A stretch of 64,000 bases of DNA from a virus (IMGVR_UViG_3300049009_000811:1-64000), one strand, 5' to 3'. Counted from the stretch's first letter, positions 1-10,345 are shown. Numbers and translations: made by a program. The notes: generated by a model from the sequence alone, not told the origin.

Positions 1-416
1 GCCTTGGGGGAAATGCCCCGCCCCCCTGTTTCCGGCGTGAAGGTCGGCTTTCCGGCGCGGGAACGGCGCCCGTGGTCCGTCTTGTACGCCCGTGAAGCCC
101 CCAGGATGCCCTTTTTTCGGGTTTTCTCGTCGTGAATGGGTTTCGGGTCGTCATTTCGCGGGATGTGAGCGTCCTGGTGGCGTTTCTCGGGTTGTCCAGG
201 CGCGGTTCCCAGTCGTTTTCGCGTGTGAAGGAGGTATGGGGGGTCTGGGTGAACCGGAAAAAGAAACATAACTGGAAGTTATCGGACCTTGTGGGGCTTT
301 ATGGTGTACGTGAGTACAGTTTGTGAAGGCATGGATGGTGGTGTGAGGCAAAAGGGCTTGTGGCGGATAGATAGTTGTGGCTGGAGTCATCTCGGGAAAT
401 TACACAAGGAGGATTC

Positions 417-740
417 ATGTATTTCTACGTGGCGGCTGCGGTGCTTTATTTCGCTTTGACCATGATAACGTTCCTGGAATCGAGCCGGAACGCGTGGTAT
501 TTCATACCGTTGGCGACTGCCCTGAACGTGGGAGCCAGTTTGCTCTGGATTTTCTACGCCAGGTCTCTGCCTGACAAGGACTCGATCCTCTACTGTTCCG
601 CCTACTGGGACCTCATGGTTGTGATAGTTTGCAACGTGATTCCCCTGTTGGTGTTCAGGATGGGATTCAATGGCATGCAGTATGTCGGCTTCGTCGTGAT
701 ATTCGCCGGCTTCGTTCTCTTGGAGCTTTTCAAGGACTGA
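417..740 (+). CDS. small 4-TM membrane protein (SMR/DMT-like)
   Basis: ATG at 417 after AGGAGG; four hydrophobic segments, C-terminal QYVGFVVIFAGFVLL. Confidence 0.55.
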   Translation: MYFYVAAAVLYFALTMITFLESSRNAWYFIPLATALNVGASLLWIFYARSLPDKDSILYCSAYWDLMVVIVCNVIPLLVFRMGFNGMQYVGFVVIFAGFVLLELFKD

Positions 741-803
741 TGACGGCTGTGACACTTTTCCGGGGATGGACCGCCAGTCGGTCAAGCCCCGGACCATTTT
801 TTC

Positions 804-870
804 TCCGGAGGTCAGTACACATCTTTGTTCCGGAGGTCAGTACACATCTTTGTTCCGGAGGTCAGTACAC
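804..870 (-). repeat. three tandem copies of motif B (25-bp period)
   Basis: TCCGGAGGTCAGTACACATCTTTGT at 804 and 829, partial copy at 854. Confidence 0.95.
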
Positions 871-1017
871 GCGTATTTCCGTTTTCCCGTAGAATAATCC
901 CTGGGACACGGAAATCTTTTGCCGTACGCTTCGAATGACTATAGGGTGAAGCCGTTCGCTGGAGAACTGGCACCCGATGGTCGCGTGAACCGTAATCCGA
1001 AACAAGGAGAATGAAAG

Positions 1018-1857
1018 ATGGCTATCCGAAAGAAGAAGCTGACCAACGCCGACAACCTCACCGGTGACGTGACCGGTATATGGGGGAACGCGGGGAACAT
1101 CACGGGAGAGTGCGGCATCTCCCTCGGCAAGGTTCTCGACATCCCGACCGGCGACGTGTCCGCGATCACGGGCGACGTTTCCGAGATATACAACGACGTG
1201 AGCAGGATCAGGGGCGACGTGTCCGGGATATGGGGGGACGCGGGTAAGATCAGGGGCGACGTGACGAAGCTCAAGGGGAACGTGTCCGGGCTCAAGGGCG
1301 ACATCAGCAATATCGAGGGCGACGTGTCCCGTGGAGACTATCTCAGGGGCGACGTGACGAAGCTCAGGGGCGACGTGTCCGGGATCAGTGGCGTAGCGAG
1401 CAAGATCGAGGGTGACGTGGGCGGTCTCAGGGGCGACGTGTCCTGGATCAGGGGCGACGTGTCCGGGATCATCGGGCATGTCGGCATCAAGGGTGACGTG
1501 TCCGGTCTATATGGCGACGTGTCCGGGATCCATGGCGACGTCACGAACATCGGTGGCGACGTGTCCGGTCTATATGGCGACGTGACGAAGCTCAGGGGGC
1601 GCGTGAGTCGCCTGTACGGCAACGTGAACGGTCTGACCGGGGAAGTTGGCGACCTGTCCGGATGCGTGGACGACATCACCGGGGACGCGACTTTCATGTG
1701 GGGCGACGTGACGGGTCTCAAGGGCGACCTGACCGAAGCGGTGAAGGAACACGAGAAGATCAGGAATGACGGTCGGAAGATACTGAACGTCGACACGCTG
1801 CTGGGGGAGGGCTTTCTCTACCTGTCCGGCGTGAAGCAGAGGACCATCTGCCGGTAG
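1018..1857 (+). CDS. GDV heptapeptide-repeat protein, paralogue 1
   Basis: Motif A and SD upstream; KKKLTNADNLTGDV cap followed by many GDV[ST]x[IL]x repeats. Confidence 0.85.
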   Translation: MAIRKKKLTNADNLTGDVTGIWGNAGNITGECGISLGKVLDIPTGDVSAITGDVSEIYNDVSRIRGDVSGIWGDAGKIRGDVTKLKGNVSGLKGDISNIEGDVSRGDYLRGDVTKLRGDVSGISGVASKIEGDVGGLRGDVSWIRGDVSGIIGHVGIKGDVSGLYGDVSGIHGDVTNIGGDVSGLYGDVTKLRGRVSRLYGNVNGLTGEVGDLSGCVDDITGDATFMWGDVTGLKGDLTEAVKEHEKIRNDGRKILNVDTLLGEGFLYLSGVKQRTICR

Positions 1858-1918
1858 AGCCGTTCGGACCGGTCCCGGAACCCCATAGCCGTGTGAACGG
1901 TGAACGAGAAGGAGAAAC

Positions 1919-2110
1919 ATGTCTGATTCTGATCTGGACAAGGAACTGCTGGCGAGCATGCTGAGGCACGCGGCGAAGGACATCAGCGACACGATGGGCG
2001 ACGGCGGACCCCTCACCGGCGACCAGGTGGAGGAGGTCGCGCGAATGTTCGTCATACACCTGGCTGACTACAACTGCGAGATGGGGAAGGTGAGGGACAT
2101 ACTGGCTTGA
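1919..2110 (+). CDS. hypothetical protein
   Basis: Motif A, AAGGAG SD; stop TGA abuts next motif A. Confidence 0.75.
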   Translation: MSDSDLDKELLASMLRHAAKDISDTMGDGGPLTGDQVEEVARMFVIHLADYNCEMGKVRDILA

Positions 2111-2165
2111 GCCGTTCGGCTCGGTCACGGAACCCCAAGGTCGTAACCTAACAATGGAGGACGAG

Positions 2166-2447
2166 ATGAGCGACAAGTATTTCGGTGGCGGCGGCAATGG
2201 CTTTTCCGTAACCTACACGGACCTCAAGGTCGAGGGCATGGAGCTTTCGCTCCGGATGTGCTCCGGCGGCGTGAGCGTCACGGCGCGCGAGGGCGGCGAA
2301 GAGAGGACGAGCGAGGTGTTGCCGTGGGGCACGCTGGACGGTCTGCGGGACGCCGGGGGTTACGTCCGCGGGTTCGCGCTCGGGTTCAGCCGGCGGTTCC
2401 GCGCCATGCGAGCCGTTCGGGTCGCGATCGGAACCCTGCATTCGTAA
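2166..2447 (+). CDS. hypothetical protein (C-terminus reads through motif A)
   Basis: GGAGG SD; last codons encoded by the motif A copy at 2412. Confidence 0.7.
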   Translation: MSDKYFGGGGNGFSVTYTDLKVEGMELSLRMCSGGVSVTAREGGEERTSEVLPWGTLDGLRDAGGYVRGFALGFSRRFRAMRAVRVAIGTLHS

Positions 2448-2477
2448 CATTACATCACTTCAAAAAGGAGACTGACG

Positions 2478-2981
2478 ATGGGATACACGCATTACTGGAG
2501 ATTCGACAGGAACGTGTCGGCTTTCCCCGAGAGGAAGAAGGGTTTCGCCCTGGCTGGCGAGACGATACGGAAGGTCATCGCGCTTTCCGGGGTCGGGATA
2601 CACGGCTGGGACGGGCACGGCGATCCGGAGGTGTCGGAGACGCTGATCTCGCTCAACGGGTGCGGCGACACCGGCGAGGACCACGAGTCGTTCGTGGTCG
2701 AGCTCAACGAGAGGGTGTACGAGGACGAGGGGATGCGCAAGTTCCAGAGCCTGCGACCCGGTTTCGGTTTCTGCAAGACGGCGCGGAAGCATTACGACCT
2801 GGTGGTGTGCTGCTCGCTGATAGCGCTGAGCGAGAACATCGAGGGGTTCAAGGTAAGCTCCGACGGCGAGGAAGGCGACTGGTCCGAGGCGTTCGAGTTC
2901 TACGCGGAGAAGGTGAATCCCGAATTCGACTGGAAGGCGTGGACCAGGGAACACATAGGAAGCTGCGCGGAAAGCGATTGA
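2478..2981 (+). CDS. conserved phage hypothetical protein
   Basis: MGYTHYW start and FCKTARKHYD motif; motif A and SD upstream. Confidence 0.8.
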   Translation: MGYTHYWRFDRNVSAFPERKKGFALAGETIRKVIALSGVGIHGWDGHGDPEVSETLISLNGCGDTGEDHESFVVELNERVYEDEGMRKFQSLRPGFGFCKTARKHYDLVVCCSLIALSENIEGFKVSSDGEEGDWSEAFEFYAEKVNPEFDWKAWTREHIGSCAESD

Positions 2982-3076
2982 TTTCATCGGGTCCGGGGCG
3001 AACGGGCATGTCGAGCCGTTCGTTCCGGGTCTGGCACCCTACGGTCGTAACTTAACTTTCAAAAGGAGAACTGGAA

Positions 3077-5431
3077 ATGAAGATTGACAATTTCGGTGGC
3101 GGGGAAATAGGCAGGAGCGACAACCTTGGTGGCGAGACAAGCTTCACCATCGAGAACTCGCCCTTCGCGTTCAAGATACTTTCGGAGTCGCTGTACAGCC
3201 ACAAGATCCAGTCGGTGATCCGGGAATTGAGCACGAACGCGGCTGACGAGCATGTAAGCTCCGGCAAGGGCGACACCCCTTTCGACGTCCACATACCGAC
3301 GGGTTTCGAGCCTTACTTCTCGATCCGCGACTACGGCGCCGGTCTGTCCGAGGCGGACGCGACCACGTTGTACACCACCTTCTTCAAGTCGACGAAGCGA
3401 AACGACAACGCGGTGACGGGATGCCTGGGGCTCGGCTCCAAGTCACCGTTCGCCGTGACCGACAGCTTCACCATCGAGAGTTTCAACGGCGGGTTCAGGA
3501 CGGTCTACACCTGCTTCAAGGACGAGAACTTCTTCCCGAAGCTGGTCGTCCTCGAGAGGGGCGAGAGTTCCGAGCCTACCGGCGTGCGGATACAGTTCCC
3601 CGTGTCCGGATCCCACTGGGACTGGAAGTACGAGGCGGCGCGCGTCTACAAGTTCTTCGCGGTCAAGCCGAACCTCAATTTCGAGATATCCGGCACGGTC
3701 CTCCCCGCCCCGCTCCTCCGCGGCAAGGGATGGGCGATGTACGAGGACATGCACGAGAGTTACGCGGTGATGGGCAACGTAGCCTACCCCATAGACTTCT
3801 CGGCGTTCAAGAGCGACGACGAGCTCCAGAAGGACATCATCGGCGACTTCCGCGGCATGACCGGTTTCGTTTTCGAGTTCCCGCTGGGCGCGGTCAGCTT
3901 CGATCCCTCCAGGGAACGCCTCACCTACAACGTGGCGACCAAGGACGCGATATTCGCCGCCCTGGTGGCGCTCCGCGAGGAGTTCAAGCGGTCCATCGAG
4001 TCTTCGGTCTCCGAGGCGTCCAACCTGTTCGAGGCTCGGATGAAATACGCCAAGGTGACGAACGACCTCCTCAAGCATTTCGACAAGCGTCGGAAGAACG
4101 GCATCGGCTGGATGATCTCCGACATGGTATGCAAGTGGAACGGTCGGGACCTGTTCCCCACGACCTTGGGGCACGTGGTCTCGCTGGCGTCGGTCAGCGG
4201 CGGGGTGATGCACGCCTCGAAGTCCCCGCGTCGCCAGGCGGTCAACATCAACGTGTTCCCCGACATCTCCTTCGACTTCGACCGACCGACCGACATATAC
4301 GTCATCGGCAAGAAGACGAAGAGCGTGCGACGCAGGGCGAGGATGAAGGTCCTCGAGAACAACGATTCCATAATGCTGGTCAACCACGAGGCGGCGGACG
4401 CCGTGGCTCAGGTATTGGGCGCGGACGACGCCAGCGTGTTCAAGTCGGCGGACGACCTTCCCCAGGTGCCGCAGGGCGTTTCCCCCAGTTCCTCGCGGAG
4501 CAGGGTGGTGGCTACCGACCTCGACCGCAGCGGTCGGTCGTTCAACCTGTACGACCTCAACGCGGTCGATAAGGCGCAGCTGTCCGACCTCGAGGGCGAG
4601 GACGCGATGTACGTCATACGGAACAACGACAGCCTCGAGCTGGAGTCGAGCGTCGACTGGGGCTTGCCCGAACTGCAGGGTACGAACTACAGGTACCTCA
4701 CGAAGACCACCTTCCACCAGATGCTGCACATAGCGGACAAGGCTGGTTTCGCCATGCCGAAGACTTTGGTCATACTGAACAGGAGTACAGCCGCTTCGGT
4801 GCGGATCGCCGACAGGGGTTTCCCGAACATCGTGACGGAGGTGATCGAATTCTTCTCCGCGCATCTGAGCGACAAGGGTCTCGCCGAACTGATGGAGGAT
4901 TCCCGCGTGGAGTACTCCTACGTTGACGGCGAAGGCGTCTCCGACTGGGAGGTCAACGATTCGGCTGCCCGCAACATGGACAGGCTTCTGTCGTTGGTCG
5001 GCAAGCTGGAGGTTTCCAACTACCTCACGGGCACCGACGCCGAGCCCAACCCCGCCAGGGAGTTCGCCGATTTCCGGGAACGCGGCACGAAGGAAGAGTC
5101 CACCGTCAGTTCGCGGATCATGGAACTCAACGTCCTCGACGGCGACCTCATGACGAAGAGGAAGCTGTTCCAGACCGCCACCGACCCGCACTGCAAAAAC
5201 GTGGTGGACGACCTGCGCGGCTTGCTCAACCGCAAGGTGGAGACCAACGCCCACCGCAAGTTCGGTTTCGTCGCGGCTAACAAGGACACGGTCACGGCGG
5301 CGCTCAACCACCTGCATTCGGCTGGACTGCTGGAAGGTCTCCATGTCAGGGAGTTGCCGGTCGCCGAGTTCAACATCATCAGCCCTTCGGGGATGATGAC
5401 CGGCGGGAACCCGAATTCCCGTTGGCGGTAA
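3077..5431 (+). CDS. rIIA: rIIA-like protein with N-terminal GHKL/HATPase domain
   Basis: LYSHKIQSVIRELSTNAAD, IRDYGAGLS, GCLGLGSKSPFA, PSRERLTY motifs typical of T4 rIIA; rIIB-like gene nearby. Confidence 0.85.
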   Translation: MKIDNFGGGEIGRSDNLGGETSFTIENSPFAFKILSESLYSHKIQSVIRELSTNAADEHVSSGKGDTPFDVHIPTGFEPYFSIRDYGAGLSEADATTLYTTFFKSTKRNDNAVTGCLGLGSKSPFAVTDSFTIESFNGGFRTVYTCFKDENFFPKLVVLERGESSEPTGVRIQFPVSGSHWDWKYEAARVYKFFAVKPNLNFEISGTVLPAPLLRGKGWAMYEDMHESYAVMGNVAYPIDFSAFKSDDELQKDIIGDFRGMTGFVFEFPLGAVSFDPSRERLTYNVATKDAIFAALVALREEFKRSIESSVSEASNLFEARMKYAKVTNDLLKHFDKRRKNGIGWMISDMVCKWNGRDLFPTTLGHVVSLASVSGGVMHASKSPRRQAVNINVFPDISFDFDRPTDIYVIGKKTKSVRRRARMKVLENNDSIMLVNHEAADAVAQVLGADDASVFKSADDLPQVPQGVSPSSSRSRVVATDLDRSGRSFNLYDLNAVDKAQLSDLEGEDAMYVIRNNDSLELESSVDWGLPELQGTNYRYLTKTTFHQMLHIADKAGFAMPKTLVILNRSTAASVRIADRGFPNIVTEVIEFFSAHLSDKGLAELMEDSRVEYSYVDGEGVSDWEVNDSAARNMDRLLSLVGKLEVSNYLTGTDAEPNPAREFADFRERGTKEESTVSSRIMELNVLDGDLMTKRKLFQTATDPHCKNVVDDLRGLLNRKVETNAHRKFGFVAANKDTVTAALNHLHSAGLLEGLHVRELPVAEFNIISPSGMMTGGNPNSRWR

Positions 5432-5494
5432 GCCGTTCGCCGGGAGTCCGGCACCCCATGGCGGAGGGAACAACAACAACAAAGGGAGGATGCG

Positions 5495-6208
5495 ATGCAG
5501 GAAATCGAGAATCTGGAAGACACGATCGTGAGGATGGAGACCGCGCAGAAGCAGGTCGACGCCCTCAGGCTACACATAACGAGGTCGATACCGGAGGCAT
5601 ACTGGAGGACGGTGATGCCTACGGACCGCAACGACAACCCGATGGAATGGCTCGAGCGGAACATAGGCGGTTTCTCGGGGTCGTATCCCGACTGGCACGT
5701 CATCAGCATGATGCGCCGTTACTCGGGCGTCAAGTCCAGCCTGGGCGGTTCGATGTCACGGCTCGGTCTCGACTTCAAGGGTTCTGACAGCACCGTGGTC
5801 GTGGAACTCGGCGCGGGCTGCGGCTTCCGCGAGGTCAACGGGTTCGGGGGCAAGCTGGTGACGAGGATGAGGTTGTACAACTACGTCCACCACGTCAACA
5901 GGATGCTCAAGGCGGCTTGGCAGGAAAGGTACGGCGACTACATAAACCTGGTAACATGCGGAGACTGGGGAGTCAGCGGTGTCGAGAGTCTCATGTCCGC
6001 GGTGGATTCCGGCAAGCTTCCCGTCATGAGGAGCAGGCACCAGGAGTCGGTGGTGGAGCTCAACGAGGAAGGGGAGATATGCGCCTTCGAAGTTTCGAAG
6101 CGGGTTGACATGATGGTCGGAAGGGTCGCCGGCGACGGCGAGCTTAGGTCTCCCGAGCTTCCTAGCGAGTTCGACGAGTTCCTGTCTGGCTTCAAGATAT
6201 TGCGGTAG
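5495..6208 (+). CDS. hypothetical protein
   Basis: GGGAGG SD, 237 aa, follows motif A. Confidence 0.75.
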   Translation: MQEIENLEDTIVRMETAQKQVDALRLHITRSIPEAYWRTVMPTDRNDNPMEWLERNIGGFSGSYPDWHVISMMRRYSGVKSSLGGSMSRLGLDFKGSDSTVVVELGAGCGFREVNGFGGKLVTRMRLYNYVHHVNRMLKAAWQERYGDYINLVTCGDWGVSGVESLMSAVDSGKLPVMRSRHQESVVELNEEGEICAFEVSKRVDMMVGRVAGDGELRSPELPSEFDEFLSGFKILR

Positions 6209-6290
6209 AATTTCCATGATGTTTGTTTACTTTCCTCATACTTGTAGTATGATGATTTCGGACAAACGAACTTTAACGAAGGAGTATCCT

Positions 6291-7151
6291 ATGAATTGGG
6301 TAATAGACGGATCAGGTTGCGTGAACACCAGCGCTTGCGGGAAAGCATACACTTTCTCGAAGAACCATCCACACTACTCCAGGCTGATCAACTGCCTGAA
6401 GTCGAACAACGTCGAGCATTTCGAGGCTCTGTACGACGTGGGCGCGGCGATAGAGAACTATTGCCAGGGGGCTGTCAGCATCAGCGGGGACCGACTGATG
6501 TGGGACGGCAACCCGATGCCCGAGCTTTTCACCGAGCGGGTCATGGACCTGCGGTCGAGCGGTTCGGACTTCAGCCCGATGATGAACTTCCTCGACAACC
6601 TTTCGGACAACCCGTCCGACAAGTCGATCGTCGAGCTCTTCGATTTCATGCAGCACAAGGAACTGCCGTTGACCCCGGACGGTCACTTCCTCGCCTACAA
6701 GGCTGTTCGTTCCGACTTCCGCGACAAGTACAGCGGCAACTACGACAACAGCGTCGGTAGCGTGGTGGAGGTTTCCCGTGGGGAGGTCAACCCCGACCGC
6801 GACACGCATTGCGGCAGCGGGCTCCATGTGGGCGCCATCGACTACGTCCTCAGCTACGGTTCCGGATTGAGGAAGGACGACGGCGGCAACGTCACGAGGA
6901 ACGACGGCGGCGACCAGGTGGTCGTGTGCAAGGTCAATCCGCGCGACGTGGTCAGCGTTCCCGGCGACGTCCGGTTCCAGAAACTGCGGACCTGCAGGTA
7001 CGAGGTGGTGTCGGTCCTCAAGAAGGTCTACGCGTCTCCAGTGGTGGGTCATAACGGTCCGATCATGGCTTCAAGGTCTGCCAGTCCCGAGCTTGTACGC
7101 AAGATCGGAAGGGTGAGCAAGCTGTTGGCTGGGGTCGGCGCCAGGATCTAG
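6291..7151 (+). CDS. rIIB: rIIB-like protein
   Basis: NFLDNLSDNPS, LPLTPDGHFLAYKAV, CGSGLHVG, VNPRDVVSVP, KLRTCRYEVV motifs; AAGGAG SD before 6291. Confidence 0.85.
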   Translation: MNWVIDGSGCVNTSACGKAYTFSKNHPHYSRLINCLKSNNVEHFEALYDVGAAIENYCQGAVSISGDRLMWDGNPMPELFTERVMDLRSSGSDFSPMMNFLDNLSDNPSDKSIVELFDFMQHKELPLTPDGHFLAYKAVRSDFRDKYSGNYDNSVGSVVEVSRGEVNPDRDTHCGSGLHVGAIDYVLSYGSGLRKDDGGNVTRNDGGDQVVVCKVNPRDVVSVPGDVRFQKLRTCRYEVVSVLKKVYASPVVGHNGPIMASRSASPELVRKIGRVSKLLAGVGARI

Positions 7152-7260
7152 CCCGTCCGCGAGGGCGGGTCGGTTGTTGGTCGGGGGGAGCGACTGGGCG
7201 AAGTTCCCCCCTTCCGATATAAACGGGCATGATGCCTCATGTAGACGAAAGGAGTCGTTC

Positions 7261-7500
7261 GTGTTGCTGATGAGAAGTCTGTTAGCCGCGGTCACGATAA
7301 ACGCGATAATGTGGTATTGCATCAGCGGATGCTTTGCCTGGTACAACGTCTCGATAGCTGTCTGGTGTTTCGCGGAGTGGACGAGCGCGTTCAGGGATTC
7401 CGACAAGGAGGATATCCTTGATTGGGTCTTGCCGCCGCTCAACCAGCTCTGCCTGGCGTTCAGGGTGGTGGTTCAGGAGTTCGACAAGACGTCCCTTTAG
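7261..7500 (+). CDS. small membrane protein
   Basis: AAGGAG before GTG; hydrophobic; stop TAG overlaps degenerate motif A. Confidence 0.5.
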   Translation: MLLMRSLLAAVTINAIMWYCISGCFAWYNVSIAVWCFAEWTSAFRDSDKEDILDWVLPPLNQLCLAFRVVVQEFDKTSL

Positions 7501-7562
7501 CCGTTCGTGCCGGGAGAGGAATCCCGGTGTCGGCTTTGGACGAGACCCATGGAGTGTTACAG

Positions 7563-7814
7563 ATGGAAAGCAGGAAAAGCAGGAAGATGACCCCGGAGTT
7601 GCTGATAAAGACGTACATGAAGCTCGGCACCGCCGAGAAGACAGCCAGGAAGCTGGGCGTCGGCGTCAGCTACGTCAAGACGAAGCTCTGGCTCCTGCGC
7701 AAGGCTGGTCTCCCGATACCGAAGGAGAAGGCTGTGGCGCGGAAGACCTTCGAGGAGGCTGTCAAGAGGAACTTCAACGGTTTGAGGAGCCTGGTCATCC
7801 AGCTCAGCAAGTAA
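7563..7814 (+). CDS. small basic HTH-like DNA-binding protein
   Basis: TAEKTARKLGVGVSYVKTKLWLLRKAG helix-turn-helix pattern. Confidence 0.6.
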   Translation: MESRKSRKMTPELLIKTYMKLGTAEKTARKLGVGVSYVKTKLWLLRKAGLPIPKEKAVARKTFEEAVKRNFNGLRSLVIQLSK

Positions 7815-7839
7815 CCGAGCCCGTCGTTTCGGATCAATG

Positions 7840-7867
7840 GAAGCCGGGCATCGCCCCGGCTTTTTTC
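7840..7867 (+). terminator. intrinsic terminator
   Basis: AAGCCGGG-CATCGC-CCCGGCTT followed by T-run. Confidence 0.75.
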
Positions 7868-7998
7868 GTTTCCCCGGAATAATTCCCGGTTGGGCGGAAA
7901 TTTCCCGGACCGCGGGACGAATAAGGTATGTCGAGCCGTTCGTTCCCGTTCTGGCACCCGATGTTCGTGTCATGGAAATTTAACTTCATCAAGGAGAT

Positions 7999-8370
7999 AT
8001 GATTATGGCTAGCTTCGTGAATCTTACGCCTCACGCGATCACCGTTCTCGCCGTCAACGGCGGGGAGTCCACCTTCCAGCCTTCGGGCAAGGTGGCTCGG
8101 GTATCCGAACTCCCGACTACCGTCATCGGTCAGGTAAACGGCGTGCCCGTACTGTCCAAGACGGTGTTCGGCGACGTCATCGACCTTCCGGAGCCGCAGG
8201 ACGGCGTGTTCTTCCTCGTTTCCGGGATGGTGGCTGGTCAGGTGTTGAACCGCAAGGACGTGCTTGCGCCAGCCACCGGACCTAACGACGGCGCGATCAG
8301 GAACGACAAGGGTCACATCGTCGCGGTGACGCAGCTCAAGTCCACCTCGACGTCGCTTCCCGGACTATAG
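7999..8370 (+). CDS. conserved viral hypothetical protein (NLTPH family)
   Basis: NLTPH...PSGKVARV...LPEPQDGV..LVS...RKDVLAP...RNDKGHI pattern. Confidence 0.75.
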   Translation: MIMASFVNLTPHAITVLAVNGGESTFQPSGKVARVSELPTTVIGQVNGVPVLSKTVFGDVIDLPEPQDGVFFLVSGMVAGQVLNRKDVLAPATGPNDGAIRNDKGHIVAVTQLKSTSTSLPGL

Positions 8371-8523
8371 TCGAAATGGAATAGCCCATCTGGATTGACG
8401 CCAGGTGGGCTATTCCCGTTTCCGGGAAACAGGTGTACTGACCTCCGGAGGCTGGATAGCCGTTCGCCTGGAACTTGGCACCCGATGTCCGTGTGGCTTA
8501 CAGAAACCAAGAGGAGAATCGCC

Positions 8524-8916
8524 ATGAGTTTCATCGAGACAGCTTTCCAGGAGATATGCCTGGATTCGAAAAAGCCGAAGACCTGGTACGTCACGCTGTG
8601 CGTCAACGAGCGTTGCTATGGCGGACCAGAGGAGGGTGGCTGGTGGTATGACCGCGCCGCTGTCTTGGAGTACAAGTCGTTCCCGGACGAGGACACGGCT
8701 GCCGCCGTGGCTGACCGGGTTAGGGAGCGGGCTGCCGAGCTTTCGCTGGAAGCCGAGAGGGTCCACGGCGAGGCTTGCCTCAGTTCCCTCGACTGGCTTG
8801 AGGCTAGGGGTCTGGAGCCAGACTACCTCCCGGAGCCGAACGGACCAGAGGAGTATTTCGTGATGGTCACGGAATCGGTACCGAGCTTCTCCGTCGGCAA
8901 GCCGACATACGAATAG
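8524..8916 (+). CDS. conserved phage hypothetical protein
   Basis: YGGPEEGGWWY motif; GAGGAG SD. Confidence 0.75.
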   Translation: MSFIETAFQEICLDSKKPKTWYVTLCVNERCYGGPEEGGWWYDRAAVLEYKSFPDEDTAAAVADRVRERAAELSLEAERVHGEACLSSLDWLEARGLEPDYLPEPNGPEEYFVMVTESVPSFSVGKPTYE

Positions 8917-8926
8917 GGGGAACGCC

Positions 8927-9190
8927 ATGAGGGAACGCAAGGGCGGGGACGGGAGTCTTCGCATCCCGAACTTCATTGACATGAGATCGATGAAGAAGGG
9001 CGAGGCGAGGGTGTTCGCTTTGAGGAGCAGCACCGCCGTCGCCATGGTGCAGCACAGGATCGGCGGCAGCTTCACGCAGAGCGTGGCTATACTGGTCGAT
9101 CCGAAAACCGCGGTCTCGCAGAGGGTCCAGGTGGTGACCTGCCTGGGGCGCGCGCCGAAACATGTCCGCAAGAAAAGGACGACGGCGTGA
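8927..9190 (+). CDS. hypothetical basic protein
   Basis: Closely follows previous gene, ends just before motif A. Confidence 0.55.
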   Translation: MRERKGGDGSLRIPNFIDMRSMKKGEARVFALRSSTAVAMVQHRIGGSFTQSVAILVDPKTAVSQRVQVVTCLGRAPKHVRKKRTTA

Positions 9191-9259
9191 ACAGCCGTTC
9201 GTCCGGGGTCTGGCACCCGATGGTCGTAACTTACTTTCAACTCAAAGGGAGAACCGAAG

Positions 9260-10345
9260 ATGGCTACTGGCGAAAAGAAGAAGAAACCGGTCAAGAAGAA
9301 GAAACTGATCAACGCTGGCAACCTCACTGGAGACCTTTCCGGTATCTGGGGCGACGCCAAGCACATCGAGGGCAATGCGTCCAACATCAAGGGCGACGTT
9401 TCCAAACTCTGCTCTTGGGATGAGAATCTCGCCCCGAACACTGATAAAAACCGCATCGAAATGTGTCTAGAAGATCGAGACAACGGACGTAAGAGAGACG
9501 TGTCCGAGCTCAGCGGAGACGTTTCAGAGATCATCGGACTTTTTGCTACCAGCCTCACCGGCGACGTGTCCGGGATCAGTGGGTGTGCGTCCGAACTTAG
9601 GGGCGACGTGTCCGGGATCATCGGCGACCCAATAAACATCTGGGGCGATGTGTCTGGTATCTGGGGCGATGTGTCCGATCTCAGCGGAGATGTGTCCGAT
9701 ATCAGCGGAGATGTGTCCGATATCAGCGGCGACGTGGACGAGATCAGCGGCGACTTGACCGGGATCAGCGGCGACGTGTCCGGTCTCAGCGGCGACGTGG
9801 ACGAGATCACGGGCGACGTGTCCGGTCTCAGCGGCGACGTGGACGAGATCACGGGCGACGTGTCAGGTCTCATGGGCGACGTAACGAACATCAGCGGCGA
9901 CGTGACGAACATCAATGGCGACGTGAACAGCTGCTTGTATGGCGACGCGCGCGGGATCGAGGGTGACGTCACGAACATCAGGGGCGACGTGTCCGGTCTA
10001 GGTGGCGACGTTACGAATCTCAGGGGAGACGTGACCGGGATCGAGGGCTACTTGGATGGTTTCATGGGAGACGTGTCCGGTCTCAGCGGCAACGTTTACG
10101 GTCTTACTGGAGACGTGTCTGGTCTAAAGGGAAAATTGAAACCATTCGATGGCGACGTGTCCGAGGTCAGCGGTTGGAAGCCGGAGCAACTTAAAATTTA
10201 CGTAGCAGAAATGGTCAACCATGGCTGGATGCGTGTCAGTTCGGAGCAAGGCAATCCGGGTGGCACAGGAAAACCAGAGAAGAAGTCCAAGGAGTCTCGC
10301 CTGGTCGAGCTGCTCGAAGAGATCAAGGCGTTGTTCGCCGAGTAG
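9260..10345 (+). CDS. GDV heptapeptide-repeat protein, paralogue 2
   Basis: Lys-rich N-terminus, LINAGNLTGDLSGIWGDAK cap, repeats, tail ESRLVELLEEIKALFAE. Confidence 0.88.
   Translation: MATGEKKKKPVKKKKLINAGNLTGDLSGIWGDAKHIEGNASNIKGDVSKLCSWDENLAPNTDKNRIEMCLEDRDNGRKRDVSELSGDVSEIIGLFATSLTGDVSGISGCASELRGDVSGIIGDPINIWGDVSGIWGDVSDLSGDVSDISGDVSDISGDVDEISGDLTGISGDVSGLSGDVDEITGDVSGLSGDVDEITGDVSGLMGDVTNISGDVTNINGDVNSCLYGDARGIEGDVTNIRGDVSGLGGDVTNLRGDVTGIEGYLDGFMGDVSGLSGNVYGLTGDVSGLKGKLKPFDGDVSEVSGWKPEQLKIYVAEMVNHGWMRVSSEQGNPGGTGKPEKKSKESRLVELLEEIKALFAE

Noticed and set aside
45-67. Possible minus-strand motif A at 61-67
   Set aside because: GAACGGC is present but there is no GG(A/C)ACCC box at 11-nt spacing.
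967-990. Motif A as a sigma54 promoter (TGGCAC)
   Set aside because: No TTGC at the required -12 spacing, and many copies read GGAACCC.
3421-5482. Long ORFs overlapping rIIA; likewise 23053-24591 over ligase and vsr
   Set aside because: Shadow frames of well-supported genes.
7999-8370. AcrIII-1/DUF1874 ring nuclease
   Set aside because: Similar size only; the SAIGH-type motif I recall for that family is absent.
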